Assembly (NCBI GenBank): GCA_002269645.1
Contig: NIVC01001862.1
Coordinates: forward strand, 1-64,000
DNA from: Macrostomum lignano
Lineage: Eukaryota
Reading direction: 5' to 3'
DNA: 64,000 nucleotides
Shown here: piece by piece, positions 22,986-36,250 of the stretch
Layout: every line of letters starts with the position of its first letter
How positions within the stretch are numbered: the first letter of the stretch is position 1
The notes under the pieces: model-generated
The model's input: the letters and a program-made list of their open reading frames with translations, nothing else
The model's database searches: none
Told to the model about the DNA's origin: nothing
Made by a program: the position numbers and the translations under genes

Positions 22986-25900
22986 TTAAAAAATTTGTGA
23001 AGCTGAACTCTGACTAGCGTAGATCACTGCGCCTACTAAGTTCATCAGACCGGCCAGAATGTAAACGGGAAACCAGCGACCGCCGCTCTTAGTAACCAGC
23101 TCGGCCGTCAGGGGGCCGCACAGCACACCGGGTATGGTGGCCAGCACGTTGGACACGGCAAAGGTGACGCCGGCGTGGCCGGGCGCTACATCGGCGTGAT
23201 TGGCCAGGTGTCCGGATGAGTTACAGGCGGACAGGCCCATGGAGAGGGTGATCAGGCTGGAGATAGAGGGCGGGTTTACTGCACAGATTCTATTCGCGAG
23301 AAAAGATAGATACAGTAGAAAGAATGTGTTATACTCGTAGACAAGTAGATGGAAAGTTAGGTGGAAAGTGGGGAGACGGAAAGGGTTGATGGTAGATAGG
23401 GTATAGATGGAGATAAGAGATAAAAAGGGTAAATTGGGGTAGATTGATGGAGACTAGATACCAGGAGGGTAGTTAGAAGGTTGATAGGGTACATAGAGAG
23501 AGTAGACAGGGATGGTAGATAGGGGAGACATAGGGTAAATAGAGTAGATGGGGAGGGTAGATAGGGTAGATATAGGGTAGATAAAGAGGGTAAATAGGGT
23601 AGATAGGATAGCTATAGGGTAGATAAAGAGGGTAAATAGGGTAGATAGGGTAGATAAAGAGGGTAAATAGGGTAGATAGGGTAGATATAAGGTAGATAGA
23701 GTAGATGGGGAGGGTAGATAAAGGTGATATAGGGTAGATAAAGAGGGTAGATAGGGAGGGTAGATAGGGTAGATAAAGAGGGTAGATAGGGAGGGTAGAT
23801 AGGGTAGATAAAGGGTAGATAGAGTAGATGGGGAGGGTGGATAAAGGAGATATAGGGTAGATAAAGAGTAGATAGGGTAGATATAGGGTAGATAGAGTAG
23901 ATGGGGAGGGTAGATAGAAGGTAGATGAAGGGCTGATAACGGGTACATTTAGATTGAGAAAGTAGGGATAGGTAAATGATAGACGGAGAATACATATGAA
24001 GATAGGATTGATGGAGAAACACCCATAAGGTAGTTAAAAGTAGATGTGCTGATACAGGTAGATTGATACCTCTATGGAAAGAACACTAAAATTATCATTT
24101 AAAACCCGAATTAGCTACCTAATAATAATAAAAGATAAAGACAAATGAAAACCGTGACTTACAGCACGGCCGTCAGCAGACTATTGGTGCCGGAAAAGGC
24201 CAATATCAACAGGCCCGGGCCCATGAGGCCAATGAAGGTCATCAATCGACGTACGGACAAAATTGACCAGCGTTTTCTGATTAATGCGTCCGCGAAATAG
24301 CCGGTGGCTGAAGTGTGTAATTGAAAATATGCTCTAACCTCAGTGTGATCTCGATCTTAGACTCGACATCTCATTAAAACTCAGTAAGATCTCAATCTAT
24401 ATTCAAGTCTCAATGAAATATTAACCTACAAGCTATACTAAGATCTCAATGTTCAAAATCTCAGTGAGATCTCAATCTATGTTTAAAATCTCAGCGAGAT
24501 CTCAATTGATATTCAAAATCTCAGTGAAATCTCAATCTATATTCAAATGTCAGTAAGATCTCAATCTGTATCCAAAATCTCAGTGAGATCTCAACCTATA
24601 CTCAAATCTCGGTGAGATCTTAATCTATGGCTATACTCAAATCTCAGTAAGATGTCATACAATCTATATTTAAAATTTCAGTTACAAGATCCCAATCTAA
24701 TGTATATTCAAAATCTCAGTGAGCTCTCGTGCAATCTATATTAAAAGTCTCAGTGAGATCTCAACCTATGCTCAAATCTCAGGGAGATCTCAATCTACAT
24801 TCAAAGTCTCTGTGAAATCTCAACTATTCGACACTAAAACATCAGTAAGACCTCACAACAATCAATAGCAGGTACACAATCGCTTATTCCTTACCAATGC
24901 CCACTACAGAATTCAATACGTAGGGCGCCGCGGTGAACATGATCTGATTTTTGTCCGCGCCAAGCGTGCGCGCCAAATAAGTTGGCAACCAGTTCATAAT
25001 AATGTAGTTAGACCAGTTCATTGAGAAATGCGCAATGTAGATGGCCCACAATGGCCAGTGACTGATGTACTCGAACCAGCGGACTCCTGCACTCGCCTGA
25101 AATTGAAAATCACACGGGGTGTAACAGCAGCCCTGACATTGTCGGGCATGTAGCCATTTAGTTAGAGTTAAATACGTACGCAGTCATACGCACAGGCACA
25201 CACTCATACTTCACTGTGCTTGGGGGGTTGGCCCTCAAGGCCGATAATTGTACGAGCAGAGCCAAGCCGAGATTCCAATTCAGCCGCAAATTAATGCGAC
25301 TGCACTTGGAATCAAGCCTGGGCCGCTGGCACATCAGAGCGCCGCGCCAGACCACTGGGCTACGGCACTCCAGGCATGAGGATTGGCCCTCGTGAATCGA
25401 AAAAGTATTTCTTAATATATCATATATCGTACTAAAATATTATAAATTTTTACCTATAGAGCTAAATTAAGAAAACCATAAGCCATAGGTACTACTTAAA
25501 GTAGTGCTATAGTAATATTACACTAATAAATTATACACACCCGATAAAGTTTTACAACTAAATGACTAACTAAAATTATAGAAACCAAGGACCGAGCTAC
25601 AGTTCTTAAATAAAGCAGTTTTAAAGAAAAATAAATATCGACCCCACCAGCTGCAGCAACTTACACAACAAAAAAGTCGACACTGGAAGCGGATTAAAAA
25701 AATTATATAAATTGTAACAGATATCACGCTACTGCATCAATCATTCCATGATATTCTAAGCTACTTACAGTAAATAACTCGCACATTGCCAGCATATATA
25801 TATGCGAATTCTTTTTTAGCATTGTTTTAACTTTATCTCCGCGTCTCAGTCCCTGAATCTGCCTTTCAGCTCCCTCAGTCCCTGTGTCGAAGTTGACAAT

Positions 25901-28900
25901 TAATTAATATGTGATTAGCTGGGCAGAAAAGAAGAAAGCTGTCCCTGAATCTGCGAGTTGAACTTGTATTTATACAAACATAACGAGCAGGTTAGCTGAA
26001 ATATCTGTCGTAAATTAACGGTTCGGATTCTCTGTGGGGAACAGCATGGTAGTCGAAGGGAATCGGCTAGCTGAAAAGTACGAGGCTGAATAGCAAAACA
26101 GAAAGTACAAATATTTGGAGGATGGAAATCCGACACCCTGAATCTGCCTCTCTGCTCATCCCTCAGTCCCTGAATCTGACTCTCCGCTCCCTCAGTCCCT
26201 GAATCTGACTCTCCGCTCCCTCAGTCCCTGAATCTGACTCTCCGCTCCCTCAGTCCCTGAATCTGACTCTCCGCTCCCTCAGTCCCTGAATCTGCCTCTC
26301 CGCTCCTCCCTCAGTCCCTGAATCTGACTCTCCGCTCCCTCAGTCCCTGAATCTGACTCTCCGCTCCCTCAGTCCCTGAATCTGCCTCTCCGCTCCCTCA
26401 GTCCCTGAATCTGCCTCTCTGCTCATCCCTCAGTCCCTGAATCTGCCTCTCCGCTCCCTCAGTCCCTGAATCTGCCTCTCTGCTCATCCCTCAGTCCCTG
26501 AATCTGCCTCTCCGCTCCCTCAGTCCCTGAATCTGACTCTCCGCTCCCTCAGTCCCTGAATCTGACTCTTCGCCCCTCCCTCAGTCCCTGAATCTGCCTC
26601 TCCGCTCCTCCCTCAGTCCCTGAATCTGCCTCTCCGCTCCCTCAGTCCCTGAATCTGACTCTCCGCTCCCTCAGTCCCTGAATCTGACTCTCCGCTCCCT
26701 CAGTCCCTGAATCTGCCTCTCCGCTCCTCCCTCAGTCCCTGAATCTGACTCTCCGCTCCCTCAGTCCCTGAATCTGACTCTTCGCCCCTCCCTCAGTCCC
26801 TGAATCTGCCTCTCCGCTCCCTCAGTCCCTGAATCTGCCTCTCCGCTCCCTCAGTCCCTGAATCTGACTCTCCGCTCCCTCAGTCCCTGAATCTGACTCT
26901 TCGCCCCTCCCTCAGTCCCTGAATCTGCCTCTCCGCTCCCTCAGTCCCTGAATCTGACTCTCCGCTCCCTCAGTCTCTGAATCTGACTCTCCGCTCCCTC
27001 AGTCCCTGAATCTGACTCTCCGCTCCCTCAGTCCCTGAATCTGACTCTTCGCCCCTCCCTCAGTCCCTGAATCTGCCTCTCCGCTCCCTCAGTCCCTGAA
27101 TCTGACTCTTCGCCCCTCCCTCAGTCCCTGAATCTGCCTCTCCGCTCCTCCCTCAGTCCCTGAATCTGCCTCTCCGCTCCCTCAGTCCCTGAATCTGCCT
27201 CTCCGCTCCCTCAGTCCCTGAATCTGACTCTCCGCTCCCTCAGTCCCTGAATCTGCCTCTCTGCTCATCCCTCAGTCCCTGAATCTGCCTCTCCGCTCCC
27301 TCAGTCCCTGAATCTGCCTCTCCGCTCCCTCAGTCCCTGAATCTGACTCTTCGCCCCTCCCTCAGTCCCTGAATCTGACTCTTCGCCCCTCCCTCAGTCC
27401 CTGAATCTGACTCTTCGCCCCTCCCTCAGTCCCTGAATCTGCCTCTCCGCTCCCTCAGTCACTGAATCTGACTCTTCGCCCCTCCCTCAGTCCCTGAATC
27501 TGCCTCTCTGCTCATCCCTCAGTCCCTGAATCTGCCTCTCCGCTCCCTCAGTCCCTGAATCTGCCTCTCCGCTCCCTCAGTCCCTGAATCTGCCTCTCTG
27601 CTCATCCCTCAGTCCCTGAATCTGCCTCTCCGCTCCCTCAGTCCCTGAATCTGCCTCTCCGCTCCCTCAGTCCCTGAATCTGCCTCTCCGCTCCCTCAGT
27701 CCCTGAATCTGCCTCTCCGTCCCCACTACCAGTGTCTCAGAGGTTAATTTCCAGTATTTAGCCAATAAATCAGTAAGCGCAATGTTAGTGAACGGGTTTT
27801 TTAAAAAGTCGAACACTGACGGACGCAGCGCGTACTTTAGCAAGTAATTAAATATTGGGCACCGCGTTTAAGTTCAAGCATGGCGTGACGAGCTATTCTC
27901 TAGCCTCCGAAGATTAGCAGAAAATACAGCCCGGATACTTAAAGCAGAGAATAAAATGGCTTAATTAGCGTAAATGAGTTTAATCAATATAACAAAAAAT
28001 GTCTAGCAATTTTCGCTTTCAAGGTAAACTTAACAATTGGATAATAAATGATACACATTTTGACTACAGGACATGCCAACATTATATTACATGTCAATCT
28101 ACCACAACACATACCTACCCTACCCCAACACATTTATCTACCTACCACAAGTCCGCATACTTACGAGTATCTACCGACAACAAAGCATACCTAATACAAC
28201 ACATATCTATCACAACCAAATCTACCTACAGCACATACCTATCTACCTACCACAACTATCTACCTAACACATCTATCTACCTTACCACATCTATCTACCT
28301 TACCACATCTATCTACCTTACCACATCTATCTACCTTACCACATCTATCTACCTTACCACATCTATCTACCTTACCACATCTATCTACCTTACCACATCT
28401 ACCTTACTACATCTATCTACCTTACCACATCAATCTACCTTACCACATCTATCTACCTTACCACATCTATCTACCTTACCACATCTATCTACCTTACGAC
28501 ATCTATCTACCTTACCACATCTATCTACCTTACGACATCTATCTACCTTATCACATCTATCTACCTTACCACATCTATCTACCTTACCACATCTACCTTA
28601 CTACATCTATCTACCTTACCACATCTATCTACCTTACCACATTTATCTATCTTACCACATCTATCTACCTACCACAACAAGCTTTTATAATCATGGAATA
28701 GAAACAATTCAACTCACCAGCGGATCACCTGTCGATCCCATGCCAGCCTCTTCGTCATCTGCGCCAGACAAGCCAGGTGTAGAATGAGTTTTATTCGATC
28801 GAAAGGCCACCAGCCAGACAAGCACCCATACGATGCCGCCAAAGCCGAACAAATAGAATGGCGAGCTCCAATCTAGATGGGGACAGATTAACGTAGACAG

Positions 28901-29844
28901 AGTCTGTCCAGCTGATCCCAAAGCTACTAAATAGCCAAAAGCTGTCGACCTCTGTTCAGCCGGTACTCGCAAAGCCAGCAGATGGAATATCGCCGGCAGG
29001 CCTAAGCCTTCGCCCAAGCCTAGAGCTAAACGACAAGCGACTAGAGCGGAGAACGAGGAACTGGCGCAAGACGGAGTGAGCAGTGTGGACACGGACCATA
29101 GGGCTACGGCGAGGGTTAGGACCAGTTTGCCGCCGTAGCGTCTGGCAGCGCTGCCAGCTACCAAGGTTGAAGCGATGTAGCCAACAGGAAATGCAGATAG
29201 GATGGTGCCCTGGGCGGGGTTACGCGGGGTTGGCAGCAGTAGTAGGAGTAGAAATACACGGATACAGCTTACGTGGGTAGAACACAGAGCAACTCTCGGA
29301 TAGAACACACTGATGGAACACACTGGGATAGAACACATTGGTATAGAATACGCATATAACACAGATATAACACACGGGCATAGAACACACATGGATAGAT
29401 AGAAGACACGGGGATAGAACACACAGGGATAGAAGACGCGGGGATAAAACACACGGGGATAGAAGACACTGGGATAGAACACACGGGGATAGAACACACT
29501 GGGGTAGAACACACTGGGATAGAACACACGGGGGTAGAACACACTGGGATGCTACACAGGGATAAAAAAGAATCGGTATAAAACACACAGGAAACGGCAT
29601 ACAAACCGAATTTCTAACATTTTAAAGGACTATTATAAACTTAGCAAAGTGCATAGAAACTTAGAATAATAACCTGATCATGCAGAGTCCAGCCAAACTC
29701 CTGAGCCATAGGGATAATTGTGATTGGCATAATAACTCGATCAGCTGAGTTAATAAAATTAGCCAACGAGCATAGTGCCACTGTGGTTCGGGTTGAGGCT
29801 GACCAAACTGACAAACCAGAGTGTTGGTTCCCAATACTATACAT
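22986..29844 (-). CDS. SLC17A9: SLC17 family (anion:cation symporter, MFS) transporter, most similar in style to vesicular nucleotide transporter SLC17A9; 5 exons, 426 aa
   Basis: complement(join(22986..23256,24163..24307,24895..25096,28718..29209,29674..29844)). All introns GT..AG with consistent phases; 1281 nt. Motifs: NFINSADRVIMPITIIPMAQEFGW, GTILSAFPVGY, RRYGGK, RLALGLGEGLGLPA, ERS-type EQRS, WAIYIAHFSMNWSNY..WLPTY, NHADVAPGHAG..FAVSN..ATIPG. Exact orthology is unverified. Confidence 0.85.
23380..23990 (+). repeat. Degenerate purine-rich minisatellite (gggtagata/gggtagataaaga units), intronic
   Basis: Visual periodicity within SLC17 intron 4. Confidence 0.85.
24340..24850 (+). repeat. 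Degenerate ~30-bp minisatellite (ctcagtgagatctcaatctatattcaaaat), intronic
   Basis: Recurrent ctcagtgagatctcaa motif at ~30-bp spacing in SLC17 intron 3. Confidence 0.8.
26136..27725 (+). repeat. Minisatellite array B, 29-bp unit tctgcctctccgctccctcagtccctgaa with interspersed 32-bp variants
   Basis: Period 29, with variants tctgactc, cttcgcccctcc and ctctgctcatcc. Isolated copies at ~25845-25885. Confidence 0.95.
28255..28670 (+). repeat. 18-bp minisatellite (catctatctaccttacca), intronic
   Basis: About 20 copies. Confidence 0.9.
29270..29590 (+). repeat. 15-bp minisatellite (gggatagaacacacg), intronic
   Basis: Visual periodicity in SLC17 intron 1. Confidence 0.85.
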
Positions 29845-29849
29845 TTTAT

Positions 29850-32800
29850 TGGTAGTAGCTTTGAAATTAAATTATGACGATTTTAAAGTTCCTTTTTGGA
29901 TTTATGTTTTTAGTTGCAAGTATCCTTGATTATTGAATCACTTTTAATCAAATGAATAAGGGTTGCAATCTGTAATAAGTCAGTCAATTTTTAACATATA
30001 TACTCAATTATTCTCAATATTTAGAATATGGAAAATTATTGTATAAAATATATACTTTTGAATTGCATTTTTTGCTTTTTATAAATTTGGGCTCTATTTT
30101 ACCCCTTCCCCTCTAGACATGCAGAAGGATTATTACTTGAAAACATTGAATGCAATTTTCCCTAGTTTGTCCTCTACTAAATCTATAAGTTTGTATCCTA
30201 TCTGGTTTTTTTCTGTCTCATGTCTTCTTTAAATACTATATAATAATATGTGCTTATGCTAACCCATATGGTTATACTTTTATATCTATAACCAGCATTG
30301 CACAATCAAAGTTTTTTGTGATAGGGATACTAAAGTATCCTGACTTTCTTAATTGCATATTGAAATTGGACCTTAGATATGATATTTTATCTTGTTTTTG
30401 GCAATCTATGTTTTTTATAAAAGGGAAAATTCACCCTAGGTTCAAAATCACGTTTTAAAACTAGACCTTAGACATAATTTTGTATCTCAGCTCTAGCAAA
30501 AAAACAGAGTGCTCAATAACATATTTTTTCTCTAGATGCTTTAGCTATAGTGGACAAACATTTTATTTTACCTTTAAATAATATACATTTTACTAGAAAG
30601 CAATAATGTCCTATAATTATTGAATGATATACTTAAAAGATGTCTACTACTTCACCTAGCCTAAGCCTATCAAGACTGTTGATTTGCTTATTTTGCTAGA
30701 AACTTTCTATATTCCTTTATAAAATTGATATTTAAACCTGACCCTTTGATATTATATATCTTTCTAATTACTACTATTAAAGAAAGATCATAGACCAAGT
30801 TGTCTAAAACTTATTCAAGCAAGACTTACAAACTTTAGGCCTTTTATGCATTGGCACTAATACCAATGCCAATATATCAGTGTGGAATTTGTTTCTTACT
30901 GGGAATTATCAAACTCAACATTGGCTTTATTGAGGTATCATTTTCTATTTTATGCTTGCATTTTTATCATTTTGCTAACAATGCTGACAATGACAATGTA
31001 TGTTGACTATTTAAGTTAGAATCCAACAGCTTTGTCAAAAGTTTTTTAACATCAAAAGGAACCAAAAGTTGTCATATCATGACTTGCTACACTGGTTAAG
31101 CTTCCAAAATACAAGGAGTTTCAGAGTGGCAATGCAAAAATTGATTAGCTGGCCAAATGGTTGGTGCATATAAAAATCAGGTTATGTGATCATAGTGAGA
31201 TACTAATATAGTATCTCAGTATTTATATAATTTTTATGCTAAAGGTTAAAATGGTATTTAAAAAATATTTGGTTTTATAGATATAAACTTGCAAGGTTCA
31301 AGGCACCTCATTAGTGCTATTTTTATGTTTGCCTAATAAGAAATTTGTCCTTTATGAGACATCTGATTCTATTGGGCTTGTTAATAAGTCTGGACTTCAC
31401 AATATAAGCTAATTTTCTAGGCCGTAATTGTCAACTCTGTTTATATTGCTCACATTGACTCAAGTTTTGCTCAAAAATCTGTCAATGCTTGATTTGATTT
31501 TTTGCATTAGAAGTTATAGTTAAAAATGAATAACTCTGCTATCTAATGCAATTAGTTTTTTTCTTAACCTTTTATATCTATAATTGCAAAGTGAAAACCT
31601 ATTCTCTAGTTATAGCTTTGCTCTTGGTGTCTTCAACACCCAATCAGAGGCATTTTGCACCTTACATTGAAAAAAGATTGGCAACTTTTTAGTGTACAAA
31701 TTATATAAATTGCCTTAAAACTTAAACACTTTTTGGGTCAACTATAGAAAGCAATTAGCAAATTGTCAATTTTTCAATTTCTACTAGTGGCTCATACAGA
31801 CTGGAATATAAGAAGTTACTTCAATCATCGCTTTACTGGCTTGCTATAATCAGGGCTAACCATGCCCCAAAGCTACTCAATTTGAGTAAACTCTCAGCTA
31901 TATAGAAGTGTTGCAAATAGATTTGCTTTTTGACCAAGGAGATGCTACTGATAGATGGTCTAGCTAAGGCTGAGGTTAAAGCTAAGACCAAAGTTAGAGT
32001 GGAGACCAAGTTTAAGGCCCCAACATCTGTAGGCAAAGACAGAAGGCTATTTTAGAGCACTGTGCCAACATTGGCATCTATTGGCTAAGGCATTTTATTA
32101 AGCAATAAGCACTGTAATAGCTTTGAAAAATTGTTGGAAACATTGACAAGCTCTGGAGCATCTCTAGAGCTTCAATGATAGCACAGTTATATACTTAGGC
32201 ACACACTTATACATGGGTCTATATCTGTTCTAACTTTTTATCATCAGGTATTTAGAAGTTGACCTTGAAGAATACAAATTGCATATTAAGCCCCTAGTAT
32301 CCATAGCTATACCCAAAATTAATGTGGTCCTGCCAGAGTATAAACTCAAGGCAATAGCATGAGTCAAATGCATTTTTACTATGCTACTTATCCCACCCCC
32401 TTTATACTAAGTAGTCAGTTAGGTGAAGTAATTATATTTTTAATTAAAGTTTTTAACTTAATTAGAAATTTATGAAGTTTGAAAGCCTCAAAAATCCTAG
32501 AACAAAATCCCATGCCAAACCCATACAAAACATTAATTGGGACTCCAAATTCCCATAGTTTGCATTACAAGCTACTTTGTTGAGATTAATATTGTAGGCT
32601 TGTTAACTTTTTAACTATTTCTTTTTGCATTTTTACTTCAATATAATATAAAAAAGAATCTTCTGTGTCATTTCAGTCTTTATATGTTTGACTAGTATAG
32701 ATTTTTTTCAAACCATAAAATATCCCTGTTAAATGTTTTTATTGATGAGGCCCTATATCTTTAGCAATATAGGGCTCTAAACTTCAATTGTCTAAAAGTA

Positions 32801-35090
32801 TGTGTGCTTTTGGATTAGTAGAGCAATTAGCATGTTTTTTACTACAATATTGTAGGTATTAAGCAATTTATTTATTAGCATCTAGTGCTTATTTCGTGCA
32901 TTAGCTTGTTGGTGAGATTGTTTATTAGTGATATTTGACTATTTTATAGATTTGATATATATAATTCCAAAAGTGGGCCTATCAACTAATACTAATAACA
33001 AAAATTCAAAACTTAATAAGCTCTACTGTTAAGCAATGAGTCAAAATTAAAACATCTTATAGTCTATATGCAGCAACTTTTTGTTACATTTGATGAAGAT
33101 AGACTTTTCTCTTTAGTATATGACATGAGTTTTGGAAGCAGATTGATAATGATCTATGTCTAGTGTCTACTATTAGATAGTTGAAACTATCCTAAAGACT
33201 ACAATTCAATCATTGGAAAATTATTTTATGGGGCATTGTCTTCTATAAATAATTGATAAAAAGTTTTTTTCCATTATACAACAAGCACTAGGTTGGCACT
33301 AAAAGGATAAGGTTAAAACAAATATGACTTCTAGAAGGTTGGCATAGGGCCTATAATTAACAGAGGATTTAAGACAAGAAACAGAAAGTCAAAATGTTAG
33401 AAGTATAATAAAAAGAAAGTATACCTTTGTGAAGAGATGACTACTAATTATATAATCAAAGGTCAGAGTCATTTCTAGTTCCCTCTATCAAAATGTAGAA
33501 AATCAATTAAACATATGTCGCAGGGCTTACTTCTGTCCCTACAAATTATCCCTCTATTGCCACCAAGTTGTAATAGGGGTTGTTACTATTTGCCAACTAC
33601 GGTTATCCTGATTATGCTTGTTTTTACTCCCTAACTATTTCTTAGAATTTCATTTAAATATTTCTGGGTAGCGTTCTTAGTAGCATTTCTGGTAGTGTTC
33701 TGGTAGCTTATGGCTTGCCTTCTGGTAGCGTTCTGGTAGCTTATGGCCTGAGCGGTCTAGTACTGGTACATGAACTTATTAAATTGTCCTAGTCAGGCGT
33801 TCACCGGGATTAGAGGGTCACAGCACAACTCTCCGAATTTCCCTTTGTAATATTTTCCCAATCCCTTCTCTTAGTAAGTTTCTGAGCACTGTCACTCCCT
33901 TTTTCTTAAAATAACTAACTCAACAAGATTTCAAAGTTTATCTGAGAATATAGAACGAACCAATATTATAGCGCACGAATATTTCGAGAGCAAAAAAAGG
34001 TTACTTTTATTTGGCAAAAATCACACGTATATATGACTGTTTTAGACGGCTAGGTTTATAACAAAAATATTTATTGATAATATTTTGCGTGATAAAACAA
34101 ATGCTAAAATTAGTTTCTAGTTTGCGCGCGAATTTAACATGGTTATAAATCGGCTAATTTACATGTATCCATCGTAATAGGCATTTTATTAGACACAAAG
34201 AATAGTAAAAGTAATTAACAGAAACATACACTAGCACACATACAAGGTAATCTCAGCATATTCAAAGATTTTAGCCTAGTTTATAGACTTTGAGCAGAGC
34301 TACTATTCTTTTTATATAGTTATATATATTGTATATATAGAATAAAGAATATACTTTTATGACTACTATAGGCCCTATTCTAGATAAGGCTGCTTTTATC
34401 AAACAAATATGCAAATATGCCCCTAGTCTTTGAAAAAGATACAGTAGAATAGTTAAGCTATATACATTATTGATGTTGCATTGAATACTAGTGTGTAGAG
34501 ACAATTTCCAAAAGTTTCTATAGTATAATGCATAGCCAATGTATTATGGGAAGGCAAAAAGATAAATCCTTGCAGTTGTACACAAAGATTAAAATTGATA
34601 CCCCCCACCTATTAGCTTTCTGATTGAATATATAGTCAACAAAATTAAAATTAAGTCTACTCCCCTTCTATCCTATTTTACTCCCTCTTTCCTCCCTTGG
34701 TATTTGAAGGTTGCAGCATATCTACTTGTATCCAATCCTTGTAGGCCTATTTATAGATTGAAATAATGGGTTATAAGCATAGTTTAGTACCAAAAAATGT
34801 GTTAAACCATGGTTATGCTTTATGCCATCTTGTATAATGCCAATTGTAACATCTGACTATGACTATAGCATTTACAGTGATGGACATTTTGTCAACTAGC
34901 ATTTTGTCAACCAGACATTATGGCAATAGGCAACTCAGAAAATTGTAGCTGATTATTAGGCCTATAGCTACACCAGCCAGAGAATGTGAGAAGTGGTAGG
35001 TCTAATGCAATGTGAAATTTGTTTAAAAGTAAAACATATATACTTCTTAAAAGTAATTTTTTGTAAAGACATTCAATCCTCAATGGTAGC
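29850..35090. other. AT-rich, strongly CpG-depleted non-coding block, probably decayed transposable element(s)
   Basis: By eye only ~5 CG dinucleotides in 29.9-33.55 kb and essentially none in 34.2-35.09 kb, versus abundant CG in flanking genes. No long ORF. Confidence 0.55.
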
Positions 35091-36116
35091 CACACTCCGG
35101 ATCATGTAGTATACGCCCGAAAATTCGGGCGTGCATTTTGGCCTTGCACGCCAAAAGTAGGCATGCACAGTTGGCGTGTATCACTCCTGATAAAATATAC
35201 CTGGCGTGCACGTTATAGAATCATGCAGAAGAGTTACTGTGAAGTAGAAAAAAGGTGAAAAAGAGTGCTCACATTTTTAAGCGTAAATTTCCCACTCTTT
35301 CTAGGTTTTAAAGCTTGTTATTTAGCATTTAAACAAATCTATCGATGTATCGATTTTCAACTGTAAATAGTATTGCCAAGAATACAGAAAAAATTACCCA
35401 AATAATTTTTCAAAAAGGTTCTATAAGGCAATAAAGAAGGTCACTTATTGTCACAACGTAAAAAAAGGTCATTTATTGTGCGATCAACTCGCACAATCTG
35501 CGATAAACTCACAAATAGGGGGGGGGCATATGATGAGGACGCACTTTTTACCAAATCCCGCGCTAGCACATGGGCTCTAAACTTACTTGCCTACTAACAG
35601 TGGGCAGTGGGCATTTTTATCCTTTTTCTGCGAATTTTCATTGAATCTATACTAGATATAATGTCTGGCCATACTAGTAGTCATAATAACATAGGCGCAG
35701 CTTTTTGGGTCATAAATCATCGCTTTCGAAGCTGATCTGACAGCCACCTGCGCCTCACTCAGTGTTGAAGCGGGCGCCAGATGGTCTGAGAGGATGCGGG
35801 CGGTAGCTTTTTTCTCATCATTTTGACAGGCCATCAAGATTTATGAGGTCAGAGCCTATTGTTCGGATTCACTTAAGCGTGTGACAGCTTTGACAGCTAT
35901 GCGTTTTACCCCTAAAAGTACCTTGGGATTAGCGATTAGCGATTTCTCTTCATTATCTTCACTTTCTATTTAATAAGAGCTTTCTAATGTATATTTTTTC
36001 ATTAATTTCTGTCAATCCTACGCGAAAGGTCATAAATCATTTTGTTGCGATTTTGAGTGATTTATGGCCGCACCTGTCATCTTTTTACGACCCTGTGGGA
36101 ACTGATAGGATCTCTC

Positions 36117-36250
36117 GGTCACGTGATTCTGGGTAGCAACAAGCTTAGCCAATCAGAAAATTCGGCGCTCATTTTAACAAAACGGCTCAGCCAATCAGAA
36201 TCGACGTGTTCCGTTATAACAAACTGCGGTCCAGTTGGCGGCTATTTAAA
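36117..36250 (+). promoter_or_regulatory. Pol II core-promoter-like cluster: E-box, two CCAAT boxes, TATA-like element
   Basis: gtcacgtga ~36118; agCCAATcag at 36149 and 36191; TATTTAAA at 36243. A GC-rich stretch follows. Confidence 0.35.

Noticed and set aside
30700-32900. Isolated reverse-transcriptase-like peptides in the CpG-poor block (e.g. LVPFDVKKLLTK on the minus strand near 31050, YL-DD with a frameshift near 32245)
   Set aside because: The motifs are short, in inconsistent order, spacing and strand; no element class can be supported without a profile search.
35113-35132. Perfect hairpin acgcccgaaaattcgggcgt next to the CpG-poor block
   Set aside because: Could be a Helitron or DNA-transposon terminal hairpin, but no CTRR end or partner TIR was identified; too little support.
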